From: an uncultured Christensenella sp.
GTDB taxonomy: Bacteria; Bacillota; Clostridia; Christensenellales; Borkfalkiaceae
DNA: 64,000 nucleotides
Direction of reading: 5' to 3'
Assembly: GCA_910583545.1 (NCBI GenBank)
Contig: CAJTXM010000001.1
Coordinates: 72,865-136,864, forward strand
This document shows, one piece after another, positions 43,101 to 50,387 of this stretch (its first letter is position 1; each line of letters starts with the position of its first letter). The notes below the pieces were generated by a model, which saw only the letters and a program-made list of their open reading frames with translations, had not been told where the DNA came from and made no database searches. The translations under genes were made by a program, and so were the position numbers.

Positions 43101-43700
43101 TAAAGTAACTTTTTTTATGACGCCACGTTCGCCGTCCGAAACGTCGCCACCGTACAGACCTACCGACGCGGAGTGCTTGTAAAGCTGTCTGCGGCCGCCG
43201 CTGCCGTCGAGAGAGGGTTCGGGCGAAGATACGGTTCCGTTGTAGAGAAAGCCGTCCTTGTCCATCCAAACGTAATCTCCGCCGTTGCCCGCGTTCCAGG
43301 TCCCCGTTGCGGCAAGAGAATTCGCTTCGGCTATCAAAGCGTCGCGCATAGCCGTTTTGTCGCCCGTCATACCCAGAACGCTTTCAAGCTGTTTGCCGTA
43401 TTCGGGGTAAGCGGGAAGTCCGCCGTTTTTCATTTCTTTAACGGGCTTTACTCTTTCGGCGTAGCCCGTCTGTTCGGAATGATACCCGACCGAAGTTTTT
43501 GCAGGGTAGGGGTTGAAATACCTTCCGCCCGATACCGAACACGAACGAATTCCGAGTGTTATTCCGAGGATAAGCGCGGTCAGAAAAATAATCGCCGCAC
43601 CGCCGATAGCGAGTATGCGCGTCTTGTTTCTTGTAAAAAACGAAGCCTTTTCTCCGCCGTCGTATTCTTGGTAGTTTTCTTCTTTGATTTTTTTAGCCAT
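40110..43700 (-). CDS. Membrane-anchored M60-like (enhancin-type) metallopeptidase with C-terminal discoidin-like modules
   Basis: N-terminal TM helix. The zinc site FHEYHHNFQSYGVGEGGEVTNN corresponds to HExxH...E-TNN of Peptidase_M60. An F5/8-type-C-like segment follows (NLFDGDKNTWIHT). Confidence 0.8.
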   Translation of the reverse strand: MAKKIKEENYQEYDGGEKASFFTRNKTRILAIGGAAIIFLTALILGITLGIRSCSVSGGRYFNPYPAKTSVGYHSEQTGYAERVKPVKEMKNGGLPAYPEYGKQLESVLGMTGDKTAMRDALIAEANSLAATGTWNAGNGGDYVWMDKDGFLYNGTVSSPEPSLDGSGGRRQLYKHSASVGLYGGDVSDGERGVIKKVTLSPRGYDSYSLTGVYAPAGEVIKIQLSEADMKATGGITVHIGQALYNGKANNIWTDKNTMNRMPVILNTMQVNENTAVLENGVYTSYVGSFLGGPVYIRNNKEVFTVTVSGAVNYQHFILGYTTEKEFENNAKSSAPYFDMEIRNYGVLHSGPSTYAKKHTYGELYKAAVLWEKVSLVSTSNSLQGIVFLYDPFVAAGAAVAFPSQQSVNCPTEWMANSLDYKTMVTTGAWGNFHEYHHNFQSYGVGEGGEVTNNGMSLVSYALFTKISASRGTGSFGAEGLDGWNRYTSATFALNETLKIAKDGAEPENGKKGLALYATLLHNFGPDDYIQAKVRQQTQGYGESYTGYMRAWQEVTHNDMTYYFKDVLKGISEEDANRYKNPDYPVFVPVSCVYQTGRSYSYDNQKRYIQTMQPYLIPAGKEFELDLNRYDAPDGRYASGSVILPEDFTYSVVGVSSPERGQIKDKGNGLYTYTPDGMNSSGKISVTLSLKHKTNLCTAGNVELVLEFKPTQEHNKNIIERTTYLYTAETAYKDAAEAFDAQYAGFIEKTKSDNVNRTQNCNTDVWYTNAEGDTVPENAVVETEGKLYIGETAKYRIALRGRWNVALYTAVNDGEYSLCASYKQTGSSPSFPLTEGTYKDMELNKGDWVRFKAVMITGRNGTTSSFIGVGFGKFTPEHGVFDDEGNLTGTAPESVEVSYANAYRSSYEFPDNEFETDYFYTRDYIYNYKDNLVQSANTSLVETNYDAEISWNINEHPVTNLFDGDKNTWIHTGDKITVSEETPLKITADLGGNKPVNRLTIHTQYRPNGDWHCVKSFRLYGRADGGEEFLIGEFNDAVRNGTSVTVDFDETVIRYYRLEIFESTGRYIIISDIEAFRMFEVNGGKQLSPSDGKMEFNGSWTAKQAFSTFGQILYGKKNDTLKFDFEGTRIAVLCPKNYKADFEVYIDGKKVDSVTVKDDDGKIYVSYLSPDIGGGKHGVEIKCKGKTAIDSVVIFN

Positions 43701-43823
43701 AATGTCTCCGATTTCAAATTATTTACGATATAAGCATAGCTTAAAATGCGCGCTTTGTCAACCGTTCGGATTTTTATGGCGTTTTTTCGGTATAATAGAT
43801 GCAAGAGTATTTCAAATTACCTA

Positions 43824-43852
43824 TTGCAGAATTTTGTCGGATATGGTATAAT
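43824..43852 (+). promoter_or_regulatory. Strong extended -10 promoter
   Basis: TTGCAG, 17-nt spacer, TGgTATAAT. The -10 box ends 7 nt before the ATG at 43860. Confidence 0.55.
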
Positions 43853-43859
43853 ATGGGAT

Positions 43860-45164
43860 ATGACGGCAACATTAGTCTTATTTATAGCCACTATCGCGGT
43901 AATGATAGTATGCGTACTGTTTTTTCCGAAGCTGAAACTCGGCAAAATTACGGTCGATACATATTGGATAGTTACGTTGACCGGCGCGGTAATCCTGCTT
44001 ATTTCGGGGCTTGCGGATGCGGAAGGCGTCGGAAAGTCGTTGATTGCCGACACAGCGGTCAACCCGCTTAAAATTCTGGTGCTGTTCATTTCGATGACCG
44101 TACTTTCGATTTACCTTGACGAGCTGGGCTTTTTCCGCTATCTTGCAAGCGCGGTATTGAAGAGGGCGAAGACGGGGCAGATGAAGCTTTTTGTCTTTCT
44201 GTATCTGATAGTATCCGTACTCACCGTATTCACTTCCAACGACGTAATAATTTTGTCGTTCACGCCGTTTATTTGTTATTTCGCAAAAAATGCAAAGATA
44301 AGCGCTATTCCCTATCTTGCCGCAGAGTTTATCGCCGCCAACACCTGGAGTATGGCGCTGATAATCGGAAACCCGACAAACATTTACCTTGCAACGGCTT
44401 ACGGAATAGACTTTTTAAATTATCTCAAATACAGCATTGCCCCCACAGTATGCGCTGGTTCAGCCGCTTTTTTAATGCTTTGGCTTCTGTACCGCAAAAA
44501 GCTCAAAGCGCCCATCGAGGGGGTTGCCGAAGACGCGGAAATCAAGGATAAGCTTCTCTTATGGATAGGTATAGCGCATTTAGGCGTATGCACGTTATTG
44601 CTTGCAGTCAGTTCGTACATTGGTTTGGAAATGTGGATAGTGTCGGCTTCCGCCGTCGGCTGTCTGTTTATATCCACGCTCATAGTTTCGGCGGTAAGAA
44701 GGAGTAAGCCGGCTTCGCTTACGGGGTGTCTTAAACGCGCGCCCTATCAGATAGTGCCGTTTATTATTTCAATGTTCGTGCTTATCATTGCGCTCGATCA
44801 GCAGGGTGTAACGGCTTTGCTTGCGAAATTTTTCACGGACGAAAATGCGATATGGAAATACGGAACGCTGTCGTTCCTTGCTTGTAACGTGATAAACAAC
44901 ATACCTATGAGCGTACTGTTTTCGTCCGTAATACAGACTGCGGAAGTCGGACTTCCTGCCGTATTCGCCACGATAATCGGTTCGAACATAGGCGCGTTTT
45001 TAACGCCTATCGGCGCGCTCGCAGGCATAATGTGGAGTTCGATTTTATCTGAACACGGTGAAAAATTCAGTTACGTCGACTTTGTTAAGATGGGCGCGGT
45101 CGTGTCGGTGCCGTCGCTTTTTGCGGCGCTCGGCGCGCTCGCGGTGACGTTTTTGATTTTTTAA
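43860..45164 (+). CDS. ArsB/NhaD-superfamily (CitMHS-like) permease
   Basis: Start moved to ATG 43860. About 10-12 TM helices and a typical anion-permease layout. Confidence 0.65.
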   Translation: MTATLVLFIATIAVMIVCVLFFPKLKLGKITVDTYWIVTLTGAVILLISGLADAEGVGKSLIADTAVNPLKILVLFISMTVLSIYLDELGFFRYLASAVLKRAKTGQMKLFVFLYLIVSVLTVFTSNDVIILSFTPFICYFAKNAKISAIPYLAAEFIAANTWSMALIIGNPTNIYLATAYGIDFLNYLKYSIAPTVCAGSAAFLMLWLLYRKKLKAPIEGVAEDAEIKDKLLLWIGIAHLGVCTLLLAVSSYIGLEMWIVSASAVGCLFISTLIVSAVRRSKPASLTGCLKRAPYQIVPFIISMFVLIIALDQQGVTALLAKFFTDENAIWKYGTLSFLACNVINNIPMSVLFSSVIQTAEVGLPAVFATIIGSNIGAFLTPIGALAGIMWSSILSEHGEKFSYVDFVKMGAVVSVPSLFAALGALAVTFLIF

Positions 45165-45231
45165 ATAAAAAAATAAATTTACGGGGGAAATACAAACGGA
45201 AGAAGGCAGGCAAAAAACCGAGGGCACAAAC

Positions 45232-45423
45232 TATCTTAAAATAGATCTCTATTCTTATGACGGCGAAGAACCTTATATTTTTATAAGCTACTCGCACGCC
45301 GACACGGAAAAGGTTTAGAAGATTCTAAAAATAATCGATAAAGAAAAATACAGATTCCGGTAAGACGATACTATGGAAATCGGAAAGATCTTCTCTTTCC
45401 GCGTTTTGCATATAATCGGGTGA
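45232..45423 (+). pseudogene. Decayed N-terminal remnant of a TIR-domain gene
   Basis: YLKIDLYSYDGEEPYIFISYSHADTEKV*KILKIIDKEKYRFR*DDTMEIGKIF... There is no start codon, and in-frame stops lie at 45316-45318 and 45361-45363. Confidence 0.6.
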
Positions 45424-45475
45424 CATTTTGTAAAATTAGTGTTATAATTGTTAAAAATCAGACGGGGAGATTAAA

Positions 45476-46297
45476 ATGTTCAGACTTTACAACGGGGTTG
45501 AAATTCCCGAAACAGGTTTCGGAACCTGGCAGATCAAGGCGGGCGGCGAGGCGTATAATTCCACTATATCAGCGCTTGAAGCGGGTTACAGACATATCGA
45601 CACGGCGTATGCGTACGAGAACGAGGAGAGCGTAGGCAAAGCCGTGCGCGATTTCGGAATAAAGAGGGAAGACGTGTTTATTACGACTAAGCTTCCTTCG
45701 CATATTAAAAGCTATGACGGGGCTATGGAATACTTTGATAAATCGAATAAGAATTTAGGGCTTGACTATATCGATTTATATTTAATCCACGCGCCCTGGC
45801 CGTGGAGCAATATAGGTCAGGAATGTACCGAGGGTAATATAGAGGCGTGGAAAGCTTTTATAGAAATTTACAGACAGAAAAAGGCGCGTGCGATAGGTGT
45901 TTCAAATTTCCTCGTCAAGGATATGAAGGCGGTTTCCGACGCGACGGGCGCTCAGCCTATGGTCAATCAGATACGCTATTTCATCGGCAACACGCAGCCC
46001 GAAATTACGGGTTACTGCAAGCAGAACGGTATACTTGTCGAGGCGTATTCTCCGCTTGCCACGGGCGAGCTTATCGGTAATGAAACTTTGAAAAAATTGG
46101 CCGTGAAGTACGGCGTGAGCGTCGCGCAGATTTGTTTGAAATACTGCCTTCAAAACGGCGTTCTGCCCCTGCCGAAGAGCACAAACGCCGACAGGATAAA
46201 GGCGAATTTAAAAACAGATTTCACTATTTCATCCGAAGATATGTCCTACCTTGACGGGCTTTCGGGCGTAGGCTCGGTTAAGTTTTTAAGATCGTAA
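45476..46297 (+). CDS. Aldo/keto reductase
   Basis: GFGTWQ, YRHIDTAYAYENEESVG, FITTKL, IDLYLIHAPW. Confidence 0.9.
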   Translation: MFRLYNGVEIPETGFGTWQIKAGGEAYNSTISALEAGYRHIDTAYAYENEESVGKAVRDFGIKREDVFITTKLPSHIKSYDGAMEYFDKSNKNLGLDYIDLYLIHAPWPWSNIGQECTEGNIEAWKAFIEIYRQKKARAIGVSNFLVKDMKAVSDATGAQPMVNQIRYFIGNTQPEITGYCKQNGILVEAYSPLATGELIGNETLKKLAVKYGVSVAQICLKYCLQNGVLPLPKSTNADRIKANLKTDFTISSEDMSYLDGLSGVGSVKFLRS

Positions 46298-47268
46298 TGA
46301 ACGGATTTCGTGCCGAAATAATTTCCTCTGCGGAAGAGGCGTTAAAAGACTATGACGAAGTTTCTTCTCTTTTGGAATATCCCGAAGTTACGGCGGACAA
46401 GGCGTACTATCTTTCCGTTCTTGAAAAGTACAATTCGCTCAATCTCATAAAGTCAAATCTCGACAGACTTAAATCGGCTGTATCGGAGGAGGCGGAGCTG
46501 TATTCTCTTCTGTCCGTAACACGCGCGGAGAGCGAGCGCACGGCGGTGTTTGCGGAAATTTCCGCAAACAGGATAAGGACGGCTGAGCTTATTAAAAATA
46601 TAGCTTCCGCTCTCGGCAGAAGCGTTGAAGAAAAGTCGTTTGTCAGAATTAAGCTTTCGGGCAATTGCCGTGCACTCTTTGAAAAATTTACGTCGGCCGT
46701 GACGGCGGATGCGGAAAGGCGCGGAATGAGAATAAGCGGAATAAAAACCGAAGCGTGTCTGACGGAATTCGTCTGCTTCGGCGACGGTGCGCTGTCGCGC
46801 CTTCTGCCACTTGCAGGCTGTCACAGAATATCTGCCTCGAAGGGCGAAATTTCCGTCGCGGCGGTGCAGGCGGAAGAGGTGCCGCAAATCAAGGACTGCG
46901 ATATAAAGATAGACGTCTTTCACTCTCACGGCGCGGGCGGACAAAATATTAACAAGGTGGAAACGGCGGTTAGGGCTACTCATATTCCCACGGGAACTGT
47001 TGCCGTCTGTCAGGACGAAAGAAGTCAGCTCAAAAACAGAAACCGAGCCGTGGAAACCCTTAAACGGAGAGTTGACGGGCTTTTGACATCCGCGGAGAAA
47101 CAGCGCGCCGAAGAGGAGATCAAAGTGCAGTTTTCATATAATTCCACCCCTATTGTTTTCTATGCGGAGGACAATACGTTTGCGGACAAAAGGCTTTCAT
47201 CGCTCGGACGTATCCCTTTGACGGCGGACGCGGTTTCGCAGTATCTCGACGCATTGTCCGTAAAATAA
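46297..47268 (+). CDS. Class-I release-factor-like protein (GGQ domain intact, codon-recognition motifs absent)
   Basis: FHSHGAGGQNINKVETAVRATHIPTGTVAVCQDERSQLKNRNRA. There is no PxT or SPF tripeptide. TAATG overlap with the upstream gene. Confidence 0.7.
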   Translation: MNGFRAEIISSAEEALKDYDEVSSLLEYPEVTADKAYYLSVLEKYNSLNLIKSNLDRLKSAVSEEAELYSLLSVTRAESERTAVFAEISANRIRTAELIKNIASALGRSVEEKSFVRIKLSGNCRALFEKFTSAVTADAERRGMRISGIKTEACLTEFVCFGDGALSRLLPLAGCHRISASKGEISVAAVQAEEVPQIKDCDIKIDVFHSHGAGGQNINKVETAVRATHIPTGTVAVCQDERSQLKNRNRAVETLKRRVDGLLTSAEKQRAEEEIKVQFSYNSTPIVFYAEDNTFADKRLSSLGRIPLTADAVSQYLDALSVK

Positions 47269-47290
47269 GTTCGGCTTTAACGGTAAAAAT

Positions 47291-49660
47291 ATGCAGGTTG
47301 TAATCGACACAAGCAAAATAATTCTGTCGGCAAAGCGCAACGTCTACAAGACGGAGGGCTTTATTTCGCTTACGAAAAAAACTTCGGCAATAGACAGGTT
47401 TGCTTCCCGAGCGGCGGAAAGCATATTTGCGGAAAATTTACGGCTCGATAAAAAAAGTTACTGCGCAAAGACCGGAGACGGACTTTACGCGCTGTTTTTT
47501 ACCGCAGGGGGCGGGGATAATAACGATATAATTTTTTACGGTTACCGCTGCAAAGAAGACGGCGGAGGGTTTGACAGACGGCTCTGCGAATATCTTTCCG
47601 CGCACAAAAAAATAAAGCTGGATATAAGCGAAACGCAGGAAAGTTTCGACGGGAACGATCTGAAAAAACTCTATCTTCTGTCGTCGTCCGACGGCATAGT
47701 CAATTTTCCGCTTTTAAATAAAACGCAGAAAAAAATCGTGGAAACGGAAGACGCGAATATGCTTGTGCAGGGAATCGCAGGAAGCGGAAAGACCAACGTC
47801 TGCGTTGAAAAAGTAGTCTACTGCGCCTGCCGTGATTACCGCGGAAAAGTTCTGTACACTACTTTTTCAAGGGGGCTATTAGCGGAAACAAGGGACAGGG
47901 TAGAACTGTTTTTAAAGAATATCGAAGATTTCACAAAGGCATATGCCGAGGGCAATGTCGTATTTTTGGACGCAGACCATAAAAAAAGCGTCGAAAACAA
48001 GATAGGAATAAGCTTTTCGGTTGATGAAGACGGGCAGATAATGACCGCGCTTTTGCGGATAGCCGATTTTCTGAAAAACAAGGTGGAATACCTTCTTATC
48101 GAGGACATATATTCGGCTCGGTTCGAAAAGAGAAAAGTCGCGGACGAAAGCGTTTTTCTCAACGAATATCTCGGCGGTAAAAATTATCGGCTTTCGGGTG
48201 CGGTGGACAGGATAAAGAATATCGCGCCCGAGATAATTTACAAAGAAATTTACGGAATGATTTTCGGCAAGTACTCGCTTTCCGCTCCGTCGGAAATGAT
48301 GTCGAGGGAGGAATATGCCTTGGCGAGGGCGGACAGTTTCCGCAAAAACGAGTGCGATACGATCTATTCCGTTGCGGCGGACTATCTTCAGTTTTTGAAG
48401 AAAAACGGCTATACCGACAATAATCTTATGAGCCGTGCGCTTTTGAACGCGATATCGTCGCCCGTATATTCCGTCGCCGTCGTCGACGAGGTTCAGGACT
48501 TCACGCAGGTGAATCTGTGCCTTGTGAAAAAGCTTGCAAGAAAGCTTTTCTGCGTGGGCGACGCGTTGCAGATGATAAATCCGTCATACTTCAATTTCGG
48601 ATATCTGAAGAGTCTTATGTACGGCGACGTCACCGGCGTGGAAGAGCTGACGCACAATTACCGGAGCACCCAAAAAATAGAGAGCATTGCCGAAAAACTC
48701 GGCGAAATGAATATCGGCCGGTTCGGCACGCACAGCTTTGTTTTAAAGGGCAGGAGCGTGGCGTCTCCGCTCGACTCATCCGCAGTTTTCGTAAAGGATA
48801 AAAACTTCGTCTATTCTCTGGACGATAAAAAATACGAGAATGCGACGATAGTCGTAGCTTCTGAAAGGAAGAAGGAAAAGCTGAAAAAATCTCTCGGAAA
48901 AATAGAAATTCTTACCGTTGCCGAGGCGAAGGGTCTGGAACGCAACACCGTCATTTTAGCTGACGTTCTGAGCGACAGCATAGACAAATGGCAGTATCTT
49001 GAAAACCTTTCGCTGAACAGAAAGACGGCGGACGAAAATTCCGTTTACAGATATTACTTCAACTTATTCTACGTCGGAATTTCAAGGGCTAAGCAACACC
49101 TTTTCGTATGCGAGAGGGAATATCCGAAATCGTTCGAAAGCCTGTTTAATGAAAAATTCGAAAGAAAAAGCAAAGAAGACGCACTCGCGTATCTGAAAGA
49201 ATGTGCAGGCAGGATCTTAATAGACGACGGAGAGCTTACGGAGAGAATAGAAAAATTCTGTTCGCTCGGACAGTACGCAAACGCGCGTGACTCCGCCGAC
49301 AGAATGTCGGATGAGAGAAAGAGGGAAGAAGAGCTTGCATACATCTTCGTGCACGAAAAATATTTAAGGTTTTCCTCGTTCAGGGAAGCGGGGGTCGAGT
49401 ACTGGCGCAGAGGTCTTGACGCGCAGGCGCGCGAAATGTTCACGCGCTCAGGCGATACCGCACTGTTCCCTCTTATGGACGCGTGCAAGGAGGGCGGAGG
49501 CGCGCTCGATCCTGAAATAGTGCGTTTCTATCCGCTTGCGGAAAACAACGAAGCCGCAAAAAAAATAATTCTCGATACACTGCAAACCGACGCAAGAGAA
49601 CTCGGCGCAAGTATCAGAGAAATCAACGATAAATTCAAAGCAAAGAGGAAAAGACAATGA
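47291..49660 (+). CDS. UvrD/Rep-like superfamily-1 helicase-family protein
   Basis: Walker A GIAGSGKTN, DExx VAVVDEVQDF, HNYRSTQKI, and AEAKGLERNTVIL near the C-terminal helicase core. It has extra N- and C-terminal regions. Confidence 0.75.
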   Translation: MQVVIDTSKIILSAKRNVYKTEGFISLTKKTSAIDRFASRAAESIFAENLRLDKKSYCAKTGDGLYALFFTAGGGDNNDIIFYGYRCKEDGGGFDRRLCEYLSAHKKIKLDISETQESFDGNDLKKLYLLSSSDGIVNFPLLNKTQKKIVETEDANMLVQGIAGSGKTNVCVEKVVYCACRDYRGKVLYTTFSRGLLAETRDRVELFLKNIEDFTKAYAEGNVVFLDADHKKSVENKIGISFSVDEDGQIMTALLRIADFLKNKVEYLLIEDIYSARFEKRKVADESVFLNEYLGGKNYRLSGAVDRIKNIAPEIIYKEIYGMIFGKYSLSAPSEMMSREEYALARADSFRKNECDTIYSVAADYLQFLKKNGYTDNNLMSRALLNAISSPVYSVAVVDEVQDFTQVNLCLVKKLARKLFCVGDALQMINPSYFNFGYLKSLMYGDVTGVEELTHNYRSTQKIESIAEKLGEMNIGRFGTHSFVLKGRSVASPLDSSAVFVKDKNFVYSLDDKKYENATIVVASERKKEKLKKSLGKIEILTVAEAKGLERNTVILADVLSDSIDKWQYLENLSLNRKTADENSVYRYYFNLFYVGISRAKQHLFVCEREYPKSFESLFNEKFERKSKEDALAYLKECAGRILIDDGELTERIEKFCSLGQYANARDSADRMSDERKREEELAYIFVHEKYLRFSSFREAGVEYWRRGLDAQAREMFTRSGDTALFPLMDACKEGGGALDPEIVRFYPLAENNEAAKKIILDTLQTDARELGASIREINDKFKAKRKRQ

Positions 49661-50373
49661 ACGACAATTCGGTAAAGGAACTTATTGACAGCTTTATCGC
49701 CTACCGCAATATGATAGCTCCTTTGGAGGAGAGTTTAAGACAGGTTTCAAAGACCTACGGCGAAATAAGGGAAGACCTTGACAGTCTGTCAAAGAACTTT
49801 TCGTCGGGCGCGATGTCGCAGCTTGAAAAGGTCCATTCCGCGATAGGAGCACAGGCGAGAAGCGGTCAGGAACTTTCCCGCCGTATAGACGAATATTCTC
49901 AATCGGGCGAAAAGTACGCTCAGGCGGTCAGGGATATGAGCGCGCGCTTCGAGGGCGTGGCAAAGAGTATCGACGCGCTCGCGGAAATTGAAAAAAGCGC
50001 CGAAAGCCAGCTTGCCAGAATCGACGGCATAGTCAACGAAAAGCGTTCGTCTTACAATCTTAAAGAGTTGCAGAAATCGCTCGACGGCTATAATACGAAC
50101 GTTGAAAAAATAAGCGAATTTATCAATAAAGACATTGCGTCGGTGCTGACGCAGAACGCCGAAAAGATAGAGGAAATAAAAAAGGAAAACGAACGTCTCG
50201 GCACGGCGGTCAAGGAACAGAGCAACGATATTGCAACGCTCGTTTCGGCGTTCAGGGAAACTGCGGCGCTTCTTAAAAAGGTCGCCGAGAGCGGAAGCGT
50301 GAACGAAGAATATCTTTTCGACGCGTTCGATAAATGGGCTAAGGACAGAAACGTAAAAATAAAGAAAAAGTAA
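49657..50373 (+). CDS. 238-aa coiled-coil protein, unknown function
   Basis: ATGA overlap with the helicase stop. Heptad-rich and charged throughout. Confidence 0.65.
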   Translation: MNDNSVKELIDSFIAYRNMIAPLEESLRQVSKTYGEIREDLDSLSKNFSSGAMSQLEKVHSAIGAQARSGQELSRRIDEYSQSGEKYAQAVRDMSARFEGVAKSIDALAEIEKSAESQLARIDGIVNEKRSSYNLKELQKSLDGYNTNVEKISEFINKDIASVLTQNAEKIEEIKKENERLGTAVKEQSNDIATLVSAFRETAALLKKVAESGSVNEEYLFDAFDKWAKDRNVKIKKK

Positions 50374-50387
50374 TCTGAGCAGGGCAT

